This document shows, in pieces, positions 55,587 through 64,000 of a stretch of 64,000 nucleotides of DNA. The notes under the pieces were generated by a model. It saw nothing but the letters and a program-made list of their open reading frames with translations. It was not told the origin of the DNA and did no database searches. This stretch comes from Candidatus Kuenenia stuttgartensis. GTDB taxonomy: Bacteria; Planctomycetota; JAKEIC01; DYIT01. Every line of letters begins with the position of its first letter. Positions within the stretch are counted from its first letter, which is position 1. A program made the position numbers and the translations under genes. The stretch spans positions 29,893 through 93,892 of the forward strand of contig DYIT01000003.1 of the NCBI GenBank assembly GCA_020723505.1. Reading direction: 5' to 3'.

Positions 55587-56357
55587 ATGGCTGCGAGGAT
55601 TGGAATCGTAATCGTCATGGCGGCGCTCTGCATGGTGCCATCGGCGGAGCGCTCAAATGCGCATGCGCAGGCGGGTAAGGTCTCGTGGGCGCTGCTCGAG
55701 AAGCTCGGGTCGGCGGACGCGGACGAGAGGGACGCCGCGGTGGCGGACGTGCTGAAAATCGGCAAGGACGCCGCTCCTGCGCTGGTGGACGAGCTCGGCA
55801 AGGGGACTCCGCAATCGAGGTGCTCGGCGCTCCTGTGCCTCGAGAAGCTCGAGGATTTCAAGACGGCAAAATCCGTGGAATTCTTCCTGAAATCGGCGGG
55901 GACCATGGACGAGCTCCTGTACGCAATCAAGGCGCTCGGCATGCTCGGGAACGCGTCGACCAGGCAGGCCGTCAAGCCGTGGCTGGATTACAAGGCGCCG
56001 GCAAGGCTCGACGAGAAGACCGCGGGGTGGATTGCGGAGAAGTCGAGGGAGACCGAGCAGGGGCTGGTGAGGAACCAGGCCGCGGAGACGCTGGCCAGGC
56101 TCGGGGACTTCTCGGGCGTGCCTGTCCTGATTGACGGCCTGGATTCCAACGGCTGGGTCCGCAGGGACGCGCACATACGCCTCATGCGGATGACCGGGTG
56201 CAAGGTGGATTTCGGGTACAACCTCGGCACTTCCCGCAAGGAGAGGTCGGCGGCGATTGGCAAGTGGAAGAAGTGGTGGGCGGACGGCAAGTCGAAGTTC
56301 AAGCCCGAGTGGACTAACAGCCACAAGGTCTTCGACGTGAACAAGAGAGGAGGTTAG
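55587..56357 (+). CDS. Secreted HEAT-repeat protein (paralog of 44381–45028).
   Basis: Signal peptide MAARIGIVIVMAALCMVPSAERSNAHA. It has HEAT-like repeats and a C-terminal motif R..LMRMTGCKVDFGYN...W.KWW shared with the 44381 product. A GGAGGG SD sits 7 nt before ATG 55587. Confidence 0.7.
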   Translation: MAARIGIVIVMAALCMVPSAERSNAHAQAGKVSWALLEKLGSADADERDAAVADVLKIGKDAAPALVDELGKGTPQSRCSALLCLEKLEDFKTAKSVEFFLKSAGTMDELLYAIKALGMLGNASTRQAVKPWLDYKAPARLDEKTAGWIAEKSRETEQGLVRNQAAETLARLGDFSGVPVLIDGLDSNGWVRRDAHIRLMRMTGCKVDFGYNLGTSRKERSAAIGKWKKWWADGKSKFKPEWTNSHKVFDVNKRGG

Positions 56358-56359
56358 CC

Positions 56360-57508
56360 ATGAAAATGCGCGCAATGACCGCGGCAATCGTGTGTCTGGC
56401 GGCGTTTGCAGCCTCCTCCGGCCGGCATGCATGCGCGGACGTCGGCGCGGCCGACGGCTTGAGATTCGCCGGCAAATACAAGGAGGCGCTCGAGAAGTAC
56501 GGGGAAGTCCTGGACGGGGAACCGGACAACGGGCCGGCCCTGTACGGGGCTGCGGTGTGCTGGACGGCGCTCGGCACCCCCGAGGCTGCGCCCGACACGA
56601 TTCTCAAGGCGAGGCCCCTTCTAGCCCGGCTCACATCCAAATACCCCAAGGACCCGGAATACAGGTTCATGTACGGCTACTGGGCGTACGTCGCTGCGGG
56701 GAAAATCCCGGCGGAGAAGGAAGATCTGCTCAAGCTCGCCGAGGCCGAGGTCACGGCCGCGAACGAGCTCAAGTCCGACGACAGGTTCCTCGAATACGTC
56801 GGCAGGATTTGCAGAATGCGCGGCAGGTTCGCAGAAGCCGCAATGATCTTCGACGTGTTCCTGAGGAAAAGCCCCAACAACGCGGAATTCCACTTCCTGC
56901 TCGGGGAATGCAGGAACGGGCTGGGGAACGAAGCGCAGGCCGTGGAATCCTATCTTGCCGCGTTCGCGGCGAATCCCAACTATACGCCTGCCTATGAGCC
57001 GCTCCGGAAGGTATTCTCGCGCCTCCGCGCAGAGGAAAAGCAGGACAAGGCCATCGAGCTTTTGAGGAAGATTGCCGCGCTCAAGACCCATCCCTGGGTG
57101 CGGGGATGGGTGCTCTGGGAGCTCGGCGGCAACCTGACGGACATCGGGGACTACCCAGGCGCAATCGACGCCCTGAAGCAGGCGGAAACGGCCTGCCCGG
57201 ACGAAGCGATGTTCTCGAATACCCTTGCGCTCAACTACCTGACGATCGGCGAACACGACAACGCAATCGCTTCGCTGAAGAAGGCTTCCGAGAAGAATCC
57301 GAAGCTCCTCTATTCCTGGGAGAACCTCGGCCACACCCAGGCCTCGCTCGGCAGGATTGCAGAGGCGAAGGACGCGTTCAAGAAGGGGCTGGCCAACGCC
57401 CGCGAAGTCTCTGAAAAGTCCGACAGGGCGGACCTGAAAGCGGAAGCCCAGCTCTATTTGTCCCTCTTCAGGTGGTACCTGGACCAGCTGGCGGAGAACA
57501 GCAAATAA
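56360..57508 (+). CDS. Secreted TPR-repeat protein.
   Basis: Signal peptide MKMRAMTAAIVCLAAFAASSG. It has multiple TPR-like helices. SD AGAGGAGG. Confidence 0.7.
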   Translation: MKMRAMTAAIVCLAAFAASSGRHACADVGAADGLRFAGKYKEALEKYGEVLDGEPDNGPALYGAAVCWTALGTPEAAPDTILKARPLLARLTSKYPKDPEYRFMYGYWAYVAAGKIPAEKEDLLKLAEAEVTAANELKSDDRFLEYVGRICRMRGRFAEAAMIFDVFLRKSPNNAEFHFLLGECRNGLGNEAQAVESYLAAFAANPNYTPAYEPLRKVFSRLRAEEKQDKAIELLRKIAALKTHPWVRGWVLWELGGNLTDIGDYPGAIDALKQAETACPDEAMFSNTLALNYLTIGEHDNAIASLKKASEKNPKLLYSWENLGHTQASLGRIAEAKDAFKKGLANAREVSEKSDRADLKAEAQLYLSLFRWYLDQLAENSK

Positions 57509-57539
57509 TCGATATTGCCCGCTTCGCTCGCAATATCGA
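57509..57539 (+). terminator. Hairpin immediately after the TPR gene stop (10-bp perfect stem TCGATATTGC/GCAATATCGA, 11-nt loop).
   Basis: Seen directly. No U-tract follows. Confidence 0.35.
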
Positions 57540-57824
57540 GTTACTGAGATGAAAGCATCCTGCGCCTGTTCTAATAATACACATGCAGGCATCAGGATGA
57601 AACTTCCCCGCCTTCTTGAATCCGCGCATTCGGACAACCTCTGCATAACGCCAACCCTTGGCCGTTTCCGCCTGAGCCGGGGCGGGCTCGCGTGCGCCGC
57701 CTGCGCCTCCCATTTCTTACTTGAAGTGCGCGATGGGGTTAGGTAGGGTCACTTCCGGCAAGGTCCCGTCGGCACGGGATTCGCATCGTTTAAGCACAAA
57801 TCCGCAAATCATGTGGAGGTGGAA

Positions 57825-59369
57825 ATGAACGGATTCTCATTCAAGGAAAGGAGGAGCGAGGGGGGCAAGGGCAAGCCCGCGCCCCAGGCACCGGACTTCT
57901 CCGCAGTAGTGTGGAAACTAGTCAAATGGTCGCCTGCGCTTATCGTGGTTTTCGTGCTGATATTCGGGGCCGCAGGAGTGCTGAACGTCGACTCGAAGAA
58001 AGCCGCGGTGCTCATCCGCAAGACCGGCGACGATCCGCCCGACGGATCGATAATCTCGCCCGGGAAGGACTGGAAGGGAATCGTGCTCGATCCGGTTCCC
58101 GAGGGGTTCTACTGGAAGAATCCCTATACCTGGGACTGGGTCATCATCGACCAGGTCGAGATTCCGCAGGGGCAGCTCGGAGTGGTAATCCGGCAGTATG
58201 GGAACGAGCTCAATCCCGGGGAGATAATCGCCAAGGAGGGCCAGAAGGGGATTCTGGAAGTCCCGCTGAGGCCCGGAAGGCACCTGATAAACACGCTTGT
58301 CAACGAGATCGTCCTCTTCAACGCCACGGAGGTGCCGCCGGGCTACGCCGGGATCGTTACGCTCCTTTCCGGGCGCGAATCCGCGAATCCGAACAGGTTC
58401 ATCGTGGACGAGGGCGAGAAGGGGGTCCAGGCCAGGACGCTGGCTCCCGGATCGTACTATCCCAACCCGTACGTGCAGAGGATTGACCCGGTCGACCTGA
58501 GGGCCCACCGCTTCGACATGGAAGGGAGCGACGCGATCATGTTCCCGTCCAGCGACGGGTTCATCATTTTCCTGGTCGGGACAATCGAATGGTACATCGA
58601 AAGCTCGCGAGTCCCTGAGGTGTTCGTCAAGTACGGGGACTCGGATACCGACATAATCGTTTCCATCGTTGAGGAGGTCATCCTTCCGAACGCCCGAGCG
58701 CTCAGCAGAATCGAGGGATCCAAGCACCTGGCGAGGGACTTCATCTCGGGCCTCACGAGGCAGAGGTTCCAGGACGCGTTCCTCGAAGGCCTCAAGGTTT
58801 CCTGCGAAAAGCAGGGGGTGGTGATTAAATCCGCGCTCGTGCGGGACACGGTCCCGCCGGATGAGATAGCGAACCCAATCCGGCAGAGGGAAAACGCCAT
58901 CTTGCAGAGCGACAAATACGAGCAGGAGAAGGCCAGGGAAATACAGCAGAAGCAGCTTTCCATGGAAACGACGATGATGGACAGGAAGACCAAGGTCAAG
59001 GAATCGGAGACCAAGGTTTCCGTGGCAATAACGAAGGCCAAGGAGAACCAGAGAGTTGCGCTCATCGACGCCGGCCGGAAGCTGGAGGTCGCAAAGCTCG
59101 AGCTCAAGGCCGCCGAGAACCAGGCATCGGCCCTCAAGGAGAAGGGGCGGGCCGAATCCGACGTGATACTCTACAACAACAAGGCGAAGGCCGCCGGGCT
59201 CAGGACCGCGAGGGAGGCGTTCGTTAACGGCGCGGCATACGTGAAATACCTGTACTACAAGAAGATTGCGCCCGCGCTCACGTACGTCCTGTCGAACACG
59301 GAGGGGCCGTTCGCGGACATATTCAAGGAGTTCGGGACCGGCTCGGGCGGCAAGGACGGGGGAAAGTAG
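57825..59369 (+). CDS. SPFH/band-7 (flotillin/YqiK-like) membrane protein 1.
   Basis: N-terminal TM (LIVVFVLIFGAAGVL). It has an SPFH domain and a C-terminal coiled coil (EQEKAREIQQKQL...KLEVAKLELKAAENQASALKEK). ATG 57825 is preceded by GGAGGTGG. Confidence 0.8.
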   Translation: MNGFSFKERRSEGGKGKPAPQAPDFSAVVWKLVKWSPALIVVFVLIFGAAGVLNVDSKKAAVLIRKTGDDPPDGSIISPGKDWKGIVLDPVPEGFYWKNPYTWDWVIIDQVEIPQGQLGVVIRQYGNELNPGEIIAKEGQKGILEVPLRPGRHLINTLVNEIVLFNATEVPPGYAGIVTLLSGRESANPNRFIVDEGEKGVQARTLAPGSYYPNPYVQRIDPVDLRAHRFDMEGSDAIMFPSSDGFIIFLVGTIEWYIESSRVPEVFVKYGDSDTDIIVSIVEEVILPNARALSRIEGSKHLARDFISGLTRQRFQDAFLEGLKVSCEKQGVVIKSALVRDTVPPDEIANPIRQRENAILQSDKYEQEKAREIQQKQLSMETTMMDRKTKVKESETKVSVAITKAKENQRVALIDAGRKLEVAKLELKAAENQASALKEKGRAESDVILYNNKAKAAGLRTAREAFVNGAAYVKYLYYKKIAPALTYVLSNTEGPFADIFKEFGTGSGGKDGGK

Positions 59370-59392
59370 GAAGATTTGAAAGGCTGCAAGCG

Positions 59393-60985
59393 ATGAACGC
59401 TGACGACTTCAATCAGGGAGATGCAAACCAGGACCTGGGAGCGGGCGACAGGACACCCGCCGTCCGGCGCCGCGGCATCGGGTCCGCGGTGTTCGGTCTC
59501 GCCGCAGCGGCGGCGGCCCTGCCGGTCCTTTTCCTCGTTCTCTACGTGGGAATCTGGAAGTGGGGCATGTGCAGGATATACGTGAGTCCCGGCGAGATGC
59601 TCGTCCTGAGCTCCAAGTTCGGCGACGAGAACCCGAGCCAGGACGAGATGCGCGTGGTGCCGGAGGGAGTCAAGGGCATACGCGAGCGCGTATACGGCGA
59701 AGGCAGGCACTTCTACAACCCGGTAACGTACGACCGGATAACGGAATACACGGTGACTGAAATCAAGCCCGGGTACATCGGCCTCGTCGAGTCGAAAAGC
59801 GGCAAGCCGCTCGAGCCCGGCGACTTCCTGGCCGAGAAAGGCCAGAAAGGCGTGATGAGGAAGGTCCTCACACCCGGCAGATGGCGGCTCAACCCCTACG
59901 CTTTCCAGGTCACGCCGATTCCCGCACTGATTATCAAACCGGGATTCGTGGGGTGCGTCACGTCCCTTTCCGGGACTCCTTCGAAGCCGGGCAGTCTCGC
60001 GGTGAGAGGCCAAAGGGGCATATTGAAGGACGTGCTGCAGCCGGGCATCTATTACCTGAACCCCAAGGAGTACAAGGTCGACGTCGTGGCCACGGGCTAC
60101 AGGCAGATAGCGTTCAAGGACGTGGAATTTCCGTCGAAGGACGGGTTCAGCATTAAGCTCGACATCTCCGTTGTCTGGGGCCTCGAGCCCGTGGCCGTCC
60201 CGCACATCATCAACTCCTTCGGCAACATCGACGACGTCATAAAGAAGGTCATCTATCCCCAGGTCGAATCCATCTGCAGGATAGAGGGCTCGAAGTACGG
60301 GGCGAAGGAGTTCATCGAGGGAAAGACCCGCGAGGAGTTCCAGGACGCGTTCACGCGGGAGCTCGAAATCGTGTGCAAAAGCAAGAACATCGACGTGCTG
60401 CTCGGACTCGTGAGGGCAATCAACGTGCCGACCGAGGTCAGGACGCCGATACAGGAGGGCAAGATTGCGGTCGAGGAGAAGCTCACGAAAGAACAGCAGA
60501 AAATCACCCAGACCGTCAAGAACGACCTCGAGGAGCTGAAAGCCGACGTGCAGAAGGGCATACGCGAGGTCGAGGCCGAGACCCGGAAGCTGCTGGCCGA
60601 GGTTGCAGCCGGCGGAGAGAGCGAAGTCGCGAAGATTGAGGCGGAAACGCAGGTGCAGGTCGCCGTCATAATGCTCGAGGCCGCGAAACTCGACGCGCAG
60701 AAGACAAGGCTTCTGGGCAAGGCGAAAGCGGACGTAGAGGAGCTGATGCAGACCTCGAAGTCAGACGAGCTCAGCCAGAACATCGCAGCGCTGGGTTCTC
60801 CCGACGAATACGCGAGGTACATTTTCGCGAGCGGGCTTCCGGAGGATATAAAGATCTTCCTGCGCTATGCGGGCCCGGGGACCTTCTGGACCGACCTTCC
60901 CGAGGCGGCCAAGAACATGGAGAAGCTCGCGGCCATGAAAATCCTCGAGGGCAAGACCGGCAAGAGCGAAACCGGGGGGAAATAG
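59393..60985 (+). CDS. SPFH/band-7 (flotillin-like) membrane protein 2, a tandem paralog.
   Basis: N-terminal TM (AVFGLAAAAAALPVLFLVLYVGIW). It has an SPFH domain and a long coiled coil (KEQQKITQTVKNDLEELKADVQKGIREVEAETRKLLAEV...). Confidence 0.8.
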   Translation: MNADDFNQGDANQDLGAGDRTPAVRRRGIGSAVFGLAAAAAALPVLFLVLYVGIWKWGMCRIYVSPGEMLVLSSKFGDENPSQDEMRVVPEGVKGIRERVYGEGRHFYNPVTYDRITEYTVTEIKPGYIGLVESKSGKPLEPGDFLAEKGQKGVMRKVLTPGRWRLNPYAFQVTPIPALIIKPGFVGCVTSLSGTPSKPGSLAVRGQRGILKDVLQPGIYYLNPKEYKVDVVATGYRQIAFKDVEFPSKDGFSIKLDISVVWGLEPVAVPHIINSFGNIDDVIKKVIYPQVESICRIEGSKYGAKEFIEGKTREEFQDAFTRELEIVCKSKNIDVLLGLVRAINVPTEVRTPIQEGKIAVEEKLTKEQQKITQTVKNDLEELKADVQKGIREVEAETRKLLAEVAAGGESEVAKIEAETQVQVAVIMLEAAKLDAQKTRLLGKAKADVEELMQTSKSDELSQNIAALGSPDEYARYIFASGLPEDIKIFLRYAGPGTFWTDLPEAAKNMEKLAAMKILEGKTGKSETGGK

Positions 60986-61180
60986 ACTGTGGATAGGCGG
61001 ATATTTCAATCAGTCTAAAGATAAAAGTCCAACGTCCAAGGTCGGAGGTAAAAGCAGAACAACGGCGCTACATGTGGGAGGCATCAACCCGCCGGTGAGC
61101 GAACGCGGGTTGATGGCGACCATTGAGGCCGGGGTGCGGGACCGTAGTCGTCGGACCGGTTCGCGAATCGGCCGAAAACA

Positions 61181-62356
61181 TTGAAAGGCCCGGATGTGGA
61201 AGGCGGGAATCCGGAGATCCGGGAGGGAAGCGCCATCGGCCCATGGGTGCTGAAGAGGAAGATCGGCCAGGGCGGTTTCGGGGCGGTATGGATCGCAGAG
61301 CACCGGGAGTGGCCGGGGCGAATCGAGGCGTTCAAGTTCCCGGCCGGCGACAGATCGCTCAAGAAGCTCAAGACCGAAGCCGGGATGCTCAGGTCGCTTG
61401 AGCATCCGAACATCGTGCGGATCCACGATGTGGACACACTTTGCGAAACCCCGTATATCCGCATGGAGTACGTGAGCGGCGGGAACCTCGACGAGGCCAT
61501 GCGGAAGAAGGGCAGGATGACGCCGCTTGAGGCGTCGGGAATCATGGCCCAGGCGCTCCGGGGGCTCGGATACGCGCACGGAAAGGGGATTATCCACAGG
61601 GACCTGAAACCCGCCAACATCCTGATATCCGAAAGCGGGGAGGTGAAGATATCGGACTTCGGTCTCGCGGTCAGGGAGGAAAGTGATCGTGCCGCGATGT
61701 CGGGGTCGCTGGATTCAGCGCCGTCCTCGGGCCGTGCCGGGGCCGGCACTTTCGAGTACATGTCGCCCGAGCAGAGGGACGGATCCCCTCCCTCGAGGGA
61801 GTCGGATATATACTCCATGGGCGTGGTTTTCTACCGCATGCTCGCGGGCGAGCTGCCTTCGAGCATGAATCCCCCGAGCCATTTCAATCCCGAAGTGCCG
61901 GCGAGCCTGGATGGAATCGTTTCGCGCATGCTCGATCCAAAGGGCGAGAGATACCAGTCGGCCGCGGAAGTGATTGGCGACCTCGAGGAAAGCGGGTGCG
62001 CGGGGTCGAAGGCCGGGGGAGGCGCGGGGCGGAGCTGGAAGGGGACTCCGATGGGGGAGATGTCCTTCGCCGCGGTCGTGGCCGGGCTGGTCGCGGTCGT
62101 ATCGAACTTCAGGGCGTTCCACAACGTCCCGGCCATAATGCTCGTGTCCCTCCTCTCTCTCCTGACCCTCTATGCGGGAAGGCTGTCGAGCTCCCCGGTA
62201 CTGGCGGGGCTGTTCTGGGGAGGAATCACCGCAATCGTCATGGGCGGAAGGCTCCATTGGACGCTTTTCTGGATCGGCCTGGCTTCCGCCTCATCGGGCG
62301 CCCTGCTCTGGATTGTCCTTAGAATCGCAAGAGGCAGGGGCGGGAGCGAGGGGTAG
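61181..62356 (+). CDS. Hanks-type Ser/Thr protein kinase with a C-terminal multi-TM anchor.
   Basis: Glycine loop IGQGGFGAVW, catalytic loop HRDLKPANIL, DFG, and ...SPEQ. It has three or four C-terminal TM helices. The start is non-ATG (TTG 61181 or GTG 61196). Confidence 0.8.
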   Translation: MKGPDVEGGNPEIREGSAIGPWVLKRKIGQGGFGAVWIAEHREWPGRIEAFKFPAGDRSLKKLKTEAGMLRSLEHPNIVRIHDVDTLCETPYIRMEYVSGGNLDEAMRKKGRMTPLEASGIMAQALRGLGYAHGKGIIHRDLKPANILISESGEVKISDFGLAVREESDRAAMSGSLDSAPSSGRAGAGTFEYMSPEQRDGSPPSRESDIYSMGVVFYRMLAGELPSSMNPPSHFNPEVPASLDGIVSRMLDPKGERYQSAAEVIGDLEESGCAGSKAGGGAGRSWKGTPMGEMSFAAVVAGLVAVVSNFRAFHNVPAIMLVSLLSLLTLYAGRLSSSPVLAGLFWGGITAIVMGGRLHWTLFWIGLASASSGALLWIVLRIARGRGGSEG

Positions 62357-62828
62357 AACGGGGACCGTGTGTTGTCGCACGGATATGCGGATGAGTGGAT
62401 GGGCGGAGGAATGGGGTCGTAGACCGAAAACCGTCAACTGTAAACGATATACGAATAGGGTTTCCTGATGCGGGAATGGTTGTAGCTCTATGCAGGAAGG
62501 GGGGATCGCTCGATGTCGGAAGAATGTAATCCTCAGGCACTCCTCCGTCATTCCTGAACACCGCTCACCCGTTCCCACACCCAGGAAAGCGCCAATTCCT
62601 GAATCTAGTGACCACCCATTCCAGCATCCAGAGACGCTGGACCTTCGACCTTGGACCTTCTACTTTGACGTTGGGCATGGGACACACCGCCACGAACGCC
62701 CACGGGTTCACACCAGAAGGCTGTAGCCACGGCGCTCGGTCGCCGTGATCGCCCCGGCCTGCCTTCGCTTGGAGCGCATAGGATGGGCTCTGTTCGGTGT
62801 CAAAACCGTCGCGTTTTATTGCTCGCCG

Positions 62829-63950
62829 CTACTGTTCGCAGTTCGCGGCATGCTTCGGCTTCGCCGCAATCCATGCCATGAGCAGTCCCATGAATCCCGC
62901 TCCGGAGAAGAGCGCGGCTGTGGGGAGCGAATTCATGGGGACCGGCGCGGATGCGGCATGGACCGTGATTATCGCGGCATTCGAGAAAAGCATCGCGGCC
63001 AGGATCGCGCAGACGGCGGCTGCCGCTTGCCTGGCAGCCCTCCGGACGTCCGTCCCGGCGCCGGTGACGGCGAGGACCGCATTGAAAAGGATGATCCATG
63101 CCGCCCATGAGGTCAGCTGGGAAGGTCGAAGGCCGAGGAGGTATTCCGCGGCGGTGACGAACGGGGCGAAGATGACCGCGGCATCGGAGGCAGGTCCGGG
63201 CGCACCTATCACGATCGGCCGGACCGGTCGGCTCCCGTCGGCGCGGACCGCGTCGATGACCGCCTTGGCCCTTTCACCGTGGTCGGCAATTCCGCGCAGG
63301 CCTGGAATGCGGATTGCGGTCCAGCATTTCGCGCCCATTCCCTTGCCGTGCCAGTCTATCGAGGCCACGCAAGGCCTGTCCTGATATGCCCCGACCGCAT
63401 CCAGTATCTCGGCCCTGTTCCGTACGCCCGGCTGCCAGCCGTGGTTGTAGGATTCCACGGCGTCGAACCCGCAATCGAAGATCCTGGAAAGCGGAATCCT
63501 GTTCACGTGCCTTATGCATGGACACGAAATCAACGCGGTGTGCGGCTTAGAGCGGACGAATTGCGCGAGACGAGTTATGCTCGGCAGGGGATCCGTATCG
63601 AGGATTTCCGGAAGCCCCAGGACGATGAAATACCCCGCTCCGGGGTATCGTCTCTCCTCCCCCGAAAGGACGGTCATTCCCTGGACGGCGTCGGCGGCCC
63701 GAATCGCCTCCGGAACGCCCGCGTGCGTATGGGGATCGGTCACGGCGACGGCATCGAAGCCGTTCATCCTGTGCCAGTCCACGTCGAAGGAGGGGGAGAA
63801 CCAGCCGTCGGAGTGAAACGTGTGGGTGTGAAAATCCGCGAGCACGACGTCCGAATCCAGGGCTTTGAGCCTGTAGCCCGGGAGGTGGGGGAACGCCGCG
63901 GCGCCGAGGAGCAAGAGCGCGGCGAGCGCCGGCGGAAAGCCTGCGCGCAT
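62829..63950 (-). CDS. PHP-domain (polymerase/histidinol-phosphatase-like) phosphoesterase with a signal/TM N-terminus and a C-terminal TM region.
   Basis: PHP motif ADFHTHTFHSDG, plus ...VAVTDPHTHAG... A C-terminal hydrophobic region is present. It is convergent with the kinase gene. Confidence 0.7.
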   Translation of the reverse strand: MRAGFPPALAALLLLGAAAFPHLPGYRLKALDSDVVLADFHTHTFHSDGWFSPSFDVDWHRMNGFDAVAVTDPHTHAGVPEAIRAADAVQGMTVLSGEERRYPGAGYFIVLGLPEILDTDPLPSITRLAQFVRSKPHTALISCPCIRHVNRIPLSRIFDCGFDAVESYNHGWQPGVRNRAEILDAVGAYQDRPCVASIDWHGKGMGAKCWTAIRIPGLRGIADHGERAKAVIDAVRADGSRPVRPIVIGAPGPASDAAVIFAPFVTAAEYLLGLRPSQLTSWAAWIILFNAVLAVTGAGTDVRRAARQAAAAVCAILAAMLFSNAAIITVHAASAPVPMNSLPTAALFSGAGFMGLLMAWIAAKPKHAANCEQ

Positions 63951-64000
63951 TATTGAGGTCCCGATTCTTCGGGCGGGATTCGAGGCGCGGATTCCGGCCG

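Noticed and set aside
61100-61180. Possible tRNA-like T-arm (GGACCGGTTCGCGAATCGGCC) downstream of the SPFH genes.
   Set aside because: No acceptor stem, D-arm or anticodon-arm geometry could be built. The match to the GGTTCGAATCC T-loop is imperfect. It was treated as chance similarity next to a hairpin at ~61082–61115.

Overview
Summary: This 64-kb window is high-GC (~65%) and reads as a Gram-negative bacterial chromosome, given the terminal-Phe beta-barrel outer-membrane proteins, the many lipoproteins, and the frequent AGGAGG-like Shine-Dalgarno sites. Because of the GC content, most large six-frame ORFs are antisense or out-of-frame artefacts. Genes were called by manual translation, family motifs and start/SD inspection. 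No rRNA, tRNA or CRISPR array is supported.

Content from start to end:
1) 1–11757, minus strand: a MoxR/Bat-type operon. The order is TPR+PQQ-propeller protein, MoxR AAA+ ATPase, DUF58, BatA (N-terminal helix plus vWA), vWA/GATase1-like membrane protein, and a second TPR+PQQ-propeller protein that runs off the window. The terminal gene is absent from the ORF track and was found by manual translation.
2) 12124–23804, plus strand: two paralogous giant surface proteins (~1,880 aa each) with a signal peptide, a Tyr-rich N-domain and about ten FN3 repeats. They carry Ca-binding-like DVNGDGxIG motifs and a Cys-containing hydrophobic plus basic C-terminal tail. The 3' 4.4 kb of each gene plus the shared terminator form a 4,439-bp perfect direct repeat with a 6,035-bp period.
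3) 24001–27246: two beta-barrel outer-membrane proteins, a low-GC IS-like remnant, and an amidohydrolase.
4) 27321–27483 and 32361–32394: a REP-like hairpin family sharing the stem CCACACGAAGC/GCTTCGTGTGG. Two copies sit in a 51-bp tandem unit and a third is 5 kb away.
5) 27726–31562: a 1,278-aa Kelch-propeller lipoprotein with a strong intrinsic terminator; Hsp20 follows on the minus strand.
6) 32579–42818: an 11-gene nuoABCDHIJKLMN operon with no nuoEFG between nuoD and nuoH. It is driven by a TTGACT-N18-TATAAT promoter with an adjacent perfect palindrome. NuoI has a His-rich N-terminal extension.
7) 42888–52666: a beta-CASP MBL RNA-metabolising hydrolase, a HEAT-repeat lipoprotein, and an IPT/propeller lipoprotein. 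The 700-bp divergent region carries two ATAACCCGGAC-N32-GTCCGGGTTAT-type inverted repeats and an orphan terminator. It is followed by an in-frame MsrB-remnant–MsrA–CobO (corrinoid adenosyltransferase) fusion. After that come a PQQ-propeller lipoprotein, RlmN, and a DraRnl-like RNA ligase.
8) GGAATTT/GGGATTT heptad arrays lie at two loci (49072–49122 and 52888–53000).
9) 53034–63950: a secreted HExxH-TPR protein, a radical SAM protein, HEAT and TPR secreted proteins, two tandem SPFH/flotillin-like proteins, a membrane-anchored Hanks Ser/Thr kinase, and a convergent membrane PHP phosphoesterase.
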